A stretch of 64,000 nt of DNA, taken from Vicinamibacteria bacterium (GTDB lineage: Bacteria; Acidobacteriota; Vicinamibacteria; Marinacidobacterales; Marinacidobacteraceae). Below are positions 46,133-56,200 of the stretch, one piece after another. The stretch spans positions 1,440,001 through 1,504,000 of the forward strand of contig OZ219816.1 in the NCBI GenBank assembly GCA_964291235.2, in the 5' to 3' direction. The translations under genes and the position numbers were made by a program. Under the pieces are notes generated by a model. That model made no database searches. It had not been told where the DNA came from and worked only from the letters and a program-made list of their open reading frames with translations. Position 1 is the first letter of the stretch. Each line of letters starts with the position of its first letter.

Positions 46133-46819
46133 GTGAGTCTTCATTCGGTCCGGCGCCACCTCCGGGTTGAGGTTGATGCCTACGACGAGGCCATCCGGCA
46201 GTTCATTCCGGGCTACGAGGCGATGCTTGATGCGGCGGCCGCCGAGATCGCGCGGGTGCGGCCGGGACTGGTCCTCGACCTGGGCGGCGGCACCGGCGCA
46301 CTCTCCGAAGCCATCCTCCGCGCCGCGCCGCACGCCGCCGTCGAACTGGTCGACGTAGACGGCGCCATGCTCGCCAGGGCGCGGGAACGCCTCGTCGGTT
46401 TCGGTAGCCGAGCGCGGTTCCGCGAGGCGTCCTTCGGCGATCCGCTACCGGACGCCGACGCGGTCGCCGCGTCGCTCGCACTCCATCATGTCCCCACGAT
46501 GAAGGAGAAGCGGGGGCTCTTCGCACGGGTTCACGACTGCCTCCGCCCCGGCGGCGTCTTCGTGAACGCCGACGCCACCCTGCCGGCGGAACCCGAATCC
46601 CGCGACGCCACCTGGCGGGCCTGGGCCGCTCACCTCGTCTCGTGCGGGATTCCGGAAAAGCGCGCCTACCGGCACTTCACCGAATGGCAGGAAGAGGACA
46701 CCTACTTTCCGCCGGAAGAGGAAGCCGCGGCGATGTCCGCCGCCGGATTCGACGTGACGGCCGTCTGGAGTAACGGACCCATGGTGGTCGCGGTGGGGAA
46801 GCGCCCCGTTCCCGGCTAA
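46133..46819 (+). CDS. Class I SAM-dependent methyltransferase
   Basis: YDEAIRQFIPGY, VLDLGGGTG, ASLALHH, LRPGG.F.NAD; GTG start at 46133. Confidence 0.9.
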   Translation: MSLHSVRRHLRVEVDAYDEAIRQFIPGYEAMLDAAAAEIARVRPGLVLDLGGGTGALSEAILRAAPHAAVELVDVDGAMLARARERLVGFGSRARFREASFGDPLPDADAVAASLALHHVPTMKEKRGLFARVHDCLRPGGVFVNADATLPAEPESRDATWRAWAAHLVSCGIPEKRAYRHFTEWQEEDTYFPPEEEAAAMSAAGFDVTAVWSNGPMVVAVGKRPVPG

Positions 46820-46862
46820 CCCCCGAGCACCACCCGCGCCACCACCTCCATCCCGGACCCGA
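46815..46862 (+). repeat. Left copy of a 48-bp imperfect direct repeat (degenerate copy of the DUF819 3' end)
   Basis: 40/48 identical to 62787-62834, first 15 nt identical (GCTAACCCCCGAGCA). Confidence 0.85.
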
Positions 46863-47059
46863 CATCTTCGCTGACCCGGTGCTGCAACCGATCCTCTTGC
46901 GGAGCCGCGTTCACCGCTGCACCGTTCGTCGTGGCCATCCCGGCCGGAACGCCCGAAACGACCTCCCGGGAGGGCTCGTCAACCGGGGTGATTCCCACCG
47001 CACCGCGAAACCGGTCCCTTCCGGGTGGCCGCTGTCGCGGCGCCCGCGGAACGCCAAGA

Positions 47060-47260
47060 GCACCAACACAGAACTTATCGATTCGGTTATCACACTGTAA
47101 TCAAGAATATACAAGTAGTCATTGAAATATCACCGTTCGTTCCGACAATCTATTCCATGTGAAGGATTCGCACCGCACAGTGTCCCCGAGTGTCGCGCTT
47201 CGGACCGCACTTAGGGAAATATCGAACGCGGATGTGATTGGCGATGGATTCTGAACCCTG
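47060..47260 (+). promoter_or_regulatory. AT-rich segment, probable promoter region of the regulator pair
   Basis: Sharp local drop in GC (e.g. TGTAATCAAGAATATACAAGTAGTCATTGAAATATC) directly upstream of the first regulator. Confidence 0.45.
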
Positions 47261-47395
47261 TTGCTTTGCGCCGCTTGGCGGCGATTCGTTCAAACCAGCT
47301 CCGGTAGCAGCCGGCGAGCTTTCCCGGTGCGGGCATCGGCCCTCACCGTGCCCGCTCACCGGCTGCCTGATGTACATGGTCCCTGCGAGTTCAGC

Positions 47396-50155
47396 ATGTT
47401 GATGCTGCTCGGCAGCGGATCGGACGCCGCCCCGGATCCTCGCGTCCATTCTGCGCTGGCCTCATCCGACGCGGATGAACGCTCGTGGCTATTGACCGGC
47501 CGCGTGACGCCTCCGGTCCGTCCACCCCATTATTTTCGCCGTGCGAAGCTGGTCGAAGCGTTCGAGCAGGGGCGGGTCGCCGTGGTGACGGCGCCGGCGG
47601 GCTTCGGCAAGACGTCGCTGCTGGCGGATGTCTGCCGCCGCCACCGTGGCGAGGGGCTGCTGGGCGCCTGGCTCACCCTGGCCGACGACGACACTCCGGA
47701 AGTCCTGGCTGCCTATCTCCTATACGCATTCGAACGCGCCGGCCTCGATGTGACCACGCCCACGTCCGCGCGGGACCCGGGGGCGTCATTGCCGCCCGAG
47801 CGCGCCGTAATGGCGTTGGCACGGGCAATCGAGTGGCATGCGAGTCCGTGCCTGTTGGTCCTCGACGAAGTAGAGCGGCTGCCCGCCGGCCGCACGCTCG
47901 AGTTGGTCAATGCGCTGCTGCGCCGCCAGCCGGACAACTTGCGCATCGCCGTCGGGACGCGCCGCAATCCCGGGTTGGATCTGGAGGCCGCCGTGCTGAA
48001 CGGACGCGCGATCCGAATCCGCGCCGAGGATCTCCGCTTTTCCGCCCCCGAGATAGCCCGTTTCTTCGGCCTGGAGCTCTCCCCAACCGACTTGCGACGG
48101 CTCGCGGAGCGGACCGAGGGTTGGCCGGTCGCGCTCCAGCTCTACCGAAACCTTCTTACCGGGGAGCGGCCCTCCGTGAGCGTGGGCGACCTCCGGGGGG
48201 ACCGGGGCGTAGCGGCCAACTTCCTCGGCGCGCGGCTGCTGCGCGACCTGTCGCGCCTGGACCATGAATTCGTGCTCGACGTGGCGCTCTTCGACTGGTT
48301 TGACCCCCTGCTGGTGGACGAGGTCCTGGGCGCAACCGACTCGCGCCTCCGGCTCGAAAGCCTTCCGGAGCTGGACGGCCTCGTACTGCCCGTCGAAGGC
48401 GGATCCGGCGTCATGCGATTTCACCCGCTGCTGCGAGACTACTGCGCGGCGCGGCGCTTCCGGGAAGAGCCCTCGCGTTTCCGCACTCTCCATGGTGAGA
48501 TCGCCAAAGCGCTGGCGCGGCGCGGCCACCCTCTCAAGGCGGTGCGGCACGCCCGCGCCGCGGGCGACGATCCACTCGTCGGCGAGATCCTCGAGCGGGC
48601 GGGCGGTGTGCGGCTGTTCGTGGTGGAGGGAGTACTCCGGCTGGGGGCCATCGACCGGTACCTGACGCCAACGGTGCTGGCGGGCCATCCACGCCTGGGG
48701 CTACTGCGGTGCATCACGCTCGCGCGGGCCGGGCAGATTGCCGAAGCGAGCGCGCTGTTCGAGGAACTCCGCGCCCGGACCCAGGGCTTCGCGCGCGACC
48801 GGGCCGGCGGGGATTCGCGTCGGCTCCACGCCGAATCCGTGGTCGTGGAGTCACAACTCGCCGTATTCGGCTGCCGGCCGTTGGGCGCCGCCGCGTTTCG
48901 AGATTTGACCGGCCGAATGGTCGCCGTCTGCAATGACGAGCAGAACGATTCGGCGGTCCGCGGCGCCAGCCACGCTCTCCTGAGCGCCGTCAACCACCAG
49001 CGCGCCCGATTCCGGACCAGCAGCCGTCACACCCGCTCGGCGGCCGCGCACTTCGAGCGCTCCGACGCCCGGCACGGCGTCGCGCTCGCCGAGCTTCACG
49101 CCGGCATCGCCGCCATGGCACGGGGGAAAGTCCGCGAGGCCGCGAATTCCTACGCCCGGGGCCGCCGCGCGCTGAAGCGACGCTTCCCCGGCGACATCGC
49201 CAGCGTCCTGTTCGCCGACGCGCTGATCGCGGAATTGAATCTCGAGCGAAACCGGATGCACGGGATTCACCGGCTCGCTCCTCCCCCTTCGGCGCTGCGC
49301 GAGAGCGGCGCCTGGCTCGACGTGTACGCCGCAGGGTACGGCGTGGCAACGGAGACAACCCTCGCGCAGCAGGGAGCGACGACAACGCTGGACCTGTTAC
49401 AGGAAGCAAGCGTACATGCGCGCGGCACCGGGCTCGTGAGCCTGCGGCGCTACCTTGCGGCGCTTCGCGTTTCGGTACTGGCCGCTGCAGGCGACACCGA
49501 AGGCGCCGAGCGGGCGTGGCGCGACGAGGAGCTGCCGGAGACGACGCCGGAAATGCTCGACCTGTCCGGGCAAACGTGGCGCGAGATGGAGGCGGTGGCG
49601 TTGTCCCGGATTCGGTGGCTCACCGCGCGCGGTGCGCTGGAGGAGGCCGGCGCGCTGGCGGGCGACCTGCGCACGGCCGCGGCCCGGCATGGCCTCACGC
49701 GGACCCTGATGCGAAGCCTTGCCTCGGCGATGGCCGTCGAACACGCGTTGGACAATGCCGAACGCGCCGTCGGGCACCTGAGCGAGTTCCTCGCGCGGCT
49801 TCTCAAGACGGACTATCCGCGACCGCTCATCCGGGAACCGGCCGTCGCCACCCCCCTCCTGGAACGACTGCTCGCCGCGGAAAGCGCCCCGGAAACGAGA
49901 GGCACGGCCGAGGCGTTGCTCGCGCACCTGACGAAAGACACACCGGAACTGTCCGCCGGACCCGCGTTCACCGCGCGGGAGCTCGAGGTGCTGCAACTGC
50001 TCGCCCGCGGCGGCCGCGACCGCGAGATCGCGTCCAGCCTGGGCCTCAGCGCCGACGGAGTCCGGTATCACCTGAGGAACATCTACCGGAAGACACAGGC
50101 AAAGGGCCGCAACGAGGCGGTGCAGCGGGCTCGGTCGCTGGGTGTCGTTTCGTGA
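47396..50155 (+). CDS. MalT-like STAND ATPase / LuxR-HTH transcriptional regulator 1
   Basis: Walker A APAGFGKT, Walker B LVLDE, LRFS..E, TEGWP, FHPLLR, C-terminal TARELEVL..A.G..D.EIA..LGLS..GVRYHL.NIYRK. Start uncertain (47261, 47396 or 47402). Confidence 0.9.
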   Translation: MLMLLGSGSDAAPDPRVHSALASSDADERSWLLTGRVTPPVRPPHYFRRAKLVEAFEQGRVAVVTAPAGFGKTSLLADVCRRHRGEGLLGAWLTLADDDTPEVLAAYLLYAFERAGLDVTTPTSARDPGASLPPERAVMALARAIEWHASPCLLVLDEVERLPAGRTLELVNALLRRQPDNLRIAVGTRRNPGLDLEAAVLNGRAIRIRAEDLRFSAPEIARFFGLELSPTDLRRLAERTEGWPVALQLYRNLLTGERPSVSVGDLRGDRGVAANFLGARLLRDLSRLDHEFVLDVALFDWFDPLLVDEVLGATDSRLRLESLPELDGLVLPVEGGSGVMRFHPLLRDYCAARRFREEPSRFRTLHGEIAKALARRGHPLKAVRHARAAGDDPLVGEILERAGGVRLFVVEGVLRLGAIDRYLTPTVLAGHPRLGLLRCITLARAGQIAEASALFEELRARTQGFARDRAGGDSRRLHAESVVVESQLAVFGCRPLGAAAFRDLTGRMVAVCNDEQNDSAVRGASHALLSAVNHQRARFRTSSRHTRSAAAHFERSDARHGVALAELHAGIAAMARGKVREAANSYARGRRALKRRFPGDIASVLFADALIAELNLERNRMHGIHRLAPPPSALRESGAWLDVYAAGYGVATETTLAQQGATTTLDLLQEASVHARGTGLVSLRRYLAALRVSVLAAAGDTEGAERAWRDEELPETTPEMLDLSGQTWREMEAVALSRIRWLTARGALEEAGALAGDLRTAAARHGLTRTLMRSLASAMAVEHALDNAERAVGHLSEFLARLLKTDYPRPLIREPAVATPLLERLLAAESAPETRGTAEALLAHLTKDTPELSAGPAFTARELEVLQLLARGGRDREIASSLGLSADGVRYHLRNIYRKTQAKGRNEAVQRARSLGVVS

Positions 50156-52881
50156 CCGCTCTCCCCTCGGGGGGAATGATTCCGCCGTGGCTGCTCGCGG
50201 CGAAGGTGACCGCTCCCGACCGCGCTCCCGGGTTCTTCCGGCGTCCGGCGATCACCGGTCGTATCGAGCCATTCGACGACGGACTCCTGATCCTGAAGGC
50301 GCCGGCCGGGTTCGGCAAGACGACGCTGCTCGCGGATCTCTATCACACAGCGCGGGAGACGGGGATGCTCGCCGCCTGGATCACGCTGGACGAGGCGGAC
50401 ACGCCACCGGTACTCGCGGAGTACCTCCTCTACGCTTTCGAACGGGCGGGTCTGGACGTCGCTCTCCTTCACAGCCTTCGCAACACCGGAACCCGTGCGC
50501 CGCAACTCCGGCAGCGGATCGCTACGTTGATGCAGGCCATCGAGCGGCGTGGGGCGCCGTGCTTGCTGGTGCTGGACGAGACGGAACAACTCTCGGACCC
50601 CGCGACGGTCGCGACGGTCGAGTCCGTTCTACAGTACCGGGCCGGCAACCTGCGCATCGCCGTCGCCCTCCGGGAGAATCCGGGGATCGACGTGTCCACG
50701 GCGATTCTCGGCGGTCGCGGGATCGGCCTCACCGAGGCCGAACTGCGATTCTCGACCGGCGAGATCGCTGCGTTCTTCGGCAACGCCTTGTCGCGGCGTG
50801 AACTCGCCGCGGTCGCCCGGCGCACCGAGGGGTGGCCCGCCGCGGTGCAGATCTACCGGAACCAGAGGGACCCGGGCAAAGGGGCCGGCGCAACCCCGGC
50901 TCTCGACGGCGCCCTGGCCGTGGCCGACTACTGCAAGGCGCGGCTGTTTCGCGGGGTGTCGGAGCCAGACCGCCAGTTCACTCTGGATCTGGCCCTCTTC
51001 GACTGGATTGATCCGCCGCTGGTTGACGAGGTGCTGGAGGCGACGGATTCCCGACGGCGGATCGACACCCTCCCCGCGCTGTCGGGTTTCCTCGCGACGC
51101 ACGACACCGGGGACGTTCGCCGCCTGCACCCGCTCATCCGGGAGTACTGCGGCGCTGAGCGATTCCGGACCGACCCCGATCGTTTTCGGGATCTGCACCG
51201 CAAGATCGGCTTGGCGTTGGAGGCTCGCGGCCGACTCGAAAGGGCGATGCGTCACGCGGACCAAGCGGGCGACAGGCGGCTGGCCGCGGAGATGCTGGAG
51301 CGCGCCGGCGGACTCCGCCTGTTGCTCCAGAGCGGGATGCTGCGGCTCGAGGCAGCCGATCGCTGGCTCACCCCCGACACGCTCGCCGCGTATCCCCGAT
51401 TGGGGGTCGCCCGGTGCGTTCTGCGCATTCGGCAGGCCCGACTCGAAGAAGCGCGCGCGCTCTACGAGGAGGTGCGGCGCCGGACCGGGGATTTCGCCCA
51501 CGACCGGGACGGCGGCGACGACCGGGCGCTACGCGCCGACGCCTTCATCCTGCAGGTGTTGCTCGCCGGTTACGGCTGCCTGTCACTCGGAAGCGAAACG
51601 GTGCAGGAACTACTCGCCCGCGGCCCCAAACTCGCTCACGATTCCGCGCTGCCACCGGACCTCCTCGGGTTCCTGCACGAGTTACTCGCCCTCGGTCATT
51701 TTCAGGCGGCGCGGTTCGACGCCAGCCGGGCGCTCGGCGCCCGGGCGGCGGAACTCTTCGCACAAAGCGCTTCGCCTTACGGCGCGATGATCATGGACTT
51801 CTTTTTCGGGATGCTCGCCATGGCGGAGGGGCGCTCCCAGGAAGCGGCGGAGCTCTACGCGAGCGGCCAGCGGCGGGCCGAGGAGCTCTTTCCCCGGGAT
51901 CCGGGGCCGGCGCTGATCGGGGACGTCCTGTCGGCCGAACTCGCGCTTGAGCGCAACGACATCGCGGGAGTCGAGGAGTCCGCGAATGGTCTTGCGGCGC
52001 GGCTCCGCGGAACCGCCGTGTGGTTCGACATCCAGGCGGCAGCCTGCGGCCTGGCAACCGAACTCACCTTCGTTCGCCATGGCCCGGACGCGGCGCTGGC
52101 GTTCCTGGACGAATCGCGCACCCAGGCCGAGGCAATCGGTCTTCCCAGTGTCACGCGCTACCTGGCCGCCTTGCGCGTCACCGTGCTGGTGTACAACCGA
52201 GAGAACGACCGGGCGGCGAGGGCGTGGGACGTGGCCGGATTGCCCGTGGAAACCGGGGACGTGCTGGACCTCGACCGCCAGAGCTGGCGGGAGATGGAGG
52301 CACTCGCGGTGGCGCGGGTCCGGTTGCTCATGGCGCACCGCGCCCTGGAAGACGCGAGGCAATTGGTGGACGAGCTCTGCCGGGTCGCCGAGGAGCGCGG
52401 CCTGATGCGCACCTTGTTGCAGGGGCTCGCGCTGGCCATGGTCGTGGAGCACCGCGCCCGCGCTCGCGATGCCGCGGAGGCGCGGCTGGTTCGCTATCTC
52501 CGCATCGCGCGCGAGGTGGACTACGTCCGGCCGCTGTTCCGTGATCGCGCCATCAGCGCCGCCGTTCTGCGCCGCCTGTCGGAGACCCATCCCGACCTCG
52601 ACACGCGGGCGTCCGCAGAAGCGGTGGCGCTCCGGCTCGGAGGCACGAAGCCCGCCGTACCCGTTGGGCCGTCCTCGCCGGTCGCGCCGTCCCTGACCGC
52701 GCGCGAGCGAGCCGTTCTCGAAGGTGTCGCCCGCGGAGATCGCGACAAGGAGATCGCTGCTGCCCTCGGCCTGACCCGGGACGGCGTCCGCTACCACCTC
52801 ACCCGTGTATATCGGAAGCTACAGGCCGTCAGTCGGGGTGTAGCGATCCGCCGGGCGCGGGAACTCGGCATCCTGCAGTAG
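50152..52881 (+). CDS. MalT-like STAND ATPase / LuxR-HTH transcriptional regulator 2
   Basis: Same motif set (APAGFGKT, LVLDE, TEGWP, HPLIR, LTARE...DGVRYHL..VYRKL). GTG start overlaps the stop of regulator 1; alternative ATG at 50176. Confidence 0.9.
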   Translation: MTALPSGGMIPPWLLAAKVTAPDRAPGFFRRPAITGRIEPFDDGLLILKAPAGFGKTTLLADLYHTARETGMLAAWITLDEADTPPVLAEYLLYAFERAGLDVALLHSLRNTGTRAPQLRQRIATLMQAIERRGAPCLLVLDETEQLSDPATVATVESVLQYRAGNLRIAVALRENPGIDVSTAILGGRGIGLTEAELRFSTGEIAAFFGNALSRRELAAVARRTEGWPAAVQIYRNQRDPGKGAGATPALDGALAVADYCKARLFRGVSEPDRQFTLDLALFDWIDPPLVDEVLEATDSRRRIDTLPALSGFLATHDTGDVRRLHPLIREYCGAERFRTDPDRFRDLHRKIGLALEARGRLERAMRHADQAGDRRLAAEMLERAGGLRLLLQSGMLRLEAADRWLTPDTLAAYPRLGVARCVLRIRQARLEEARALYEEVRRRTGDFAHDRDGGDDRALRADAFILQVLLAGYGCLSLGSETVQELLARGPKLAHDSALPPDLLGFLHELLALGHFQAARFDASRALGARAAELFAQSASPYGAMIMDFFFGMLAMAEGRSQEAAELYASGQRRAEELFPRDPGPALIGDVLSAELALERNDIAGVEESANGLAARLRGTAVWFDIQAAACGLATELTFVRHGPDAALAFLDESRTQAEAIGLPSVTRYLAALRVTVLVYNRENDRAARAWDVAGLPVETGDVLDLDRQSWREMEALAVARVRLLMAHRALEDARQLVDELCRVAEERGLMRTLLQGLALAMVVEHRARARDAAEARLVRYLRIAREVDYVRPLFRDRAISAAVLRRLSETHPDLDTRASAEAVALRLGGTKPAVPVGPSSPVAPSLTARERAVLEGVARGDRDKEIAAALGLTRDGVRYHLTRVYRKLQAVSRGVAIRRARELGILQ

Positions 52882-52953
52882 CGCGCCGCCGCGATCCCGG
52901 ATCCGGCGCGAGGCCCGACCGCAGCGCGACGGACTGCTCGCCGGTGCGCCACG

Positions 52954-53107
52954 CCTACCGGAATCGGTAGGACGCCAGCCGGCGAACACTACCAATGGGA
53001 GCGTGAAATCGCTTCCTGCCCGTCCGGAGCGCGCTGCACGGATAGCCAAGACCATACAAACAGGTCGCTTGTATGCGCGTCCAGAGCCCGGCTACCGAAT
53101 TCGGCAG
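52954..53107. promoter_or_regulatory. Candidate operator palindromes upstream of the adhesin
   Basis: CCTACCG-GAAT-CGGTAGG (52954-52971), CTACCG-AATT-CGGCAG (53092-53107) and CATACAA-N9-TTGTATG (53053-53075). Confidence 0.5.
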
Positions 53108-53202
53108 GGCGGGTTCGAGGCGGGACCCGGCTTTCCGGCTACGCGTTCTTCCCGCGCTTCCACCGTTGAAGCGCCCCGTTTTCGCCCCCATTCTCCCCGG
53201 CC

Positions 53203-56200
53203 ATGCGATTCCGACGCCCGGCCCCCGATGCCGTCCCGCGCCCGGCGAGGCTCCGGCTCGATACCTCCCGGCGCTGGATACGGCGCGCGACCCGTGCCGC
53301 GGGGGCCGGGTTCGCCGCCGCCACGATCGCGCTTGCCACGACCGCTACCACCGCGGCGGGAGCGAACGCCCCGCCGGTGCTCAACGCCCCGGGCAACCAG
53401 GTCTACGAGCAGGGAGAGACGATCATCCCGGTCTCCATCGGCATTTCCGATCCCGACCACGACACGACGGTGGTGACGGTGACGAACCTGCCCCCGGGGC
53501 TTTCGTTCCGGACCGGACAGGTGCAGGGAACGGTCGCGGCCGGCGCCGCGGCGCAGGACTACCTCGTAACGATCAAGGCGGACGACCGGGTGAACGCGCC
53601 GGTAACCGCGGCCTTCACCATCACGGTGACCGCGCGGGAGCAAACTCCCCCGACGGTGACCATCAGCGGTCCGACGCAACCCCAGCGAGGCGCGTTCCGG
53701 GTGAGGATCGCCTTTTCAGAGGCCGTGACGGGGTTCGAGCAGGCGGATGTGACGGTAGGCAATGGATTCGCCAGGAAGTTCACCGGTTCGGGAGCCAACT
53801 ACACAGCCGAGATCAGGATCACGCCGGGGTTCTCGGGAACGGTGACGGTGGACGTGGCCGCGAATGTGGCTGAGGATGCCGACGGCGACGGCAACAGGGC
53901 GGCATCCCGGTACTCGGTCGAGGGGGACCAGACTCGCCCGACGGTGACCCTCAGCGGCCCAACGGCACCCCAGCAAGGCGCGTTCAACGTGGCAATCGCC
54001 TTCTCCGAGCCGGTGACGGGGTTCGAGAGGTCGGACGTGGCGGTGGGCAACGGCAGCGTGACGGCCTTCACCGGTTCCGGGGCCGCCTATACAGCCACGA
54101 TCACGGGGGCGGCCACCGGAACCGTGATGGTCGATGTGGCCGCGCACGTGGCTACGGATGCAACGGGCAACCCCAACATGCCCGCGAGAAGGTACTCGGT
54201 GCAGGCCCAGTGGAACCAGTTGAACGCGCCGCCGGTGATCACGCGTCCCAACGATCAGACGTACGAGCAGGGCGAGGCGATCTCTCCGTTCGGGATCACG
54301 GTCACGGACGCCGACGGCGATCCGGTGACGATCACCGTGACGGGTCTCCCCTCGGGGCTGTCGTACGCGAGCGACCAACTGCAGGGAACGGTGGCGGCGG
54401 ATGCCGCGGCGCAGGCCTACACCGTGACGATCTCGGCGCAGGACGGCGTGAACGCGGCGGTGACGCAGACATTCACGATCTCGGTGACGGAGACGGCCCC
54501 GGCGAACTCCCCGGCCAACGCACCGCCGGTGATTGCCGTTCCGGGGAGCAAGACCTACGTGCGAGGCGAAGCCATCACCGCCTTCGGTATCGCGGTGACG
54601 GATGCGGAAGGCGACGCCTTGACGGTGACACTGACCGGCCTGCCCTCCGGGCTGTCCTACGCCAACGGGCAGGTTCAGGGAACCGTGGCCGCCGACGCGA
54701 CGATCCGGGCCTACACCGTGACGATCCAGGCGGAGGACGGGGTGAACGCGGCCGTGACCGGGACGTTCACGATCTCGGTCACGGAGACGGCCCCGGCGAA
54801 CTCCCCGGCCAACGCACCGCCGGTGATTGCCGCCCCCGGCCAGAAGACGTACGCGCGAGGCGAAGCCATCACCGCCTTCGGTATCGCGGTGACGGATGCG
54901 GAAGGCGACGCCTTGACGGTCACGGTAACCGGTCTGCCCTCCGGGTTGTCCTACGCGAACGGCCAGGTGCAAGGGACAGTGGCGGCAAGCGCAGTGGTGG
55001 GCGACCACGGTGCGACCATCCAGGCGGATGACGGAGTAAACGAGGCCGTGACGGCGACATTCACGATCACGGTTACGGAAGCAGCCCCGGCGAACTCCCC
55101 GGCCAACGCCCCGCCGGTGATTACCGACCCCGGCCAGAAGACGTACGAGCGGGGCGAAGCCATCACCGCCTTCAGCATCGCGGTGACGGATGCGGCAGGC
55201 GACGCCGTGACGGTGACGCTGACCGGTCTGCCCTCCGGGCTGTCCTACGCGAACGGCCAGGTGCAAGGGACAGTGGCGGCAAGCGCGGTGGTGGGCGACC
55301 ACACTGCGACCATCCAGGCGGATGACGGAGTGAACGGGGCCGTGACAGAGACATTCACGGTCTCGGTCACGGCGTCGGGCGCGGCCAACTCCCCGGGCAA
55401 CGCCCCGCCGGTGATTACCGACCCCGGCCGAAAGACGTACGGGCGGGGCGAAGCCATCACCGCCTTCAGTATCGCGGTGACGGATGCGGAAGGCGACGCC
55501 GTGACGGTTACCGTAACCGGCCTGCCCTCCGGGCTGTCCTACGCGAACGGGCAAGTGCAGGGAACGGTGGCCGACGACGCGGTGGCCGGGGACCACACCG
55601 TGACGATCCAGGCGGATGACGGAGGCGACGCGCCCGCGATCGAGACGTTCACGATCACGGTGACGCCGACGGCCGCGGCGGGTGAGTCGAACTCCCCGCC
55701 GGTGATCACGGGACCAGGGAACAAGACGTACGAACGGGGAGAAGCGATCACCGCATTCGGGATCACCGTGTCGGATGCCGACGGCGACACGGTGACGGTG
55801 ACGGTGACGGGCCTGCCGTCGGGTCTGACGTACACGAACGGCCAGGTGCAGGGCACGGTGGCCGACGGCGCGGCCGCCGGAGACCACACCGTGACGATCC
55901 TGGCGGATGACGGAGGCGACGAGGGCGCGGCCGAGACCTTCACGATCACGGTGAGGGCGCGCCGGGCGAAGAGGACCTCCACCAGCTTCTCCGACTACTG
56001 GGACATGAAGTCCGATTCCCTTGTACCAGGGAACGCTTTCCACGTGGAGGAAGGGGACACGCTCGTGGTCACCTTCACCTGGAAGGGGCAGGGCGCGCAA
56101 TTTGCGGCGTGGTCTACCCACGGAGGCCTTTCAGGGGGCCCCACCTACGACGTCGCCACCAGCGGTACAGATTACGAAGCCGTCATCCCCGCCCGGCTCG

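Noticed and set aside
47070-47100. TTATCGAT / GTTATCAC resembling the array core
   Set aside because: The matches are too short, and are expected by chance in an AT-rich patch.
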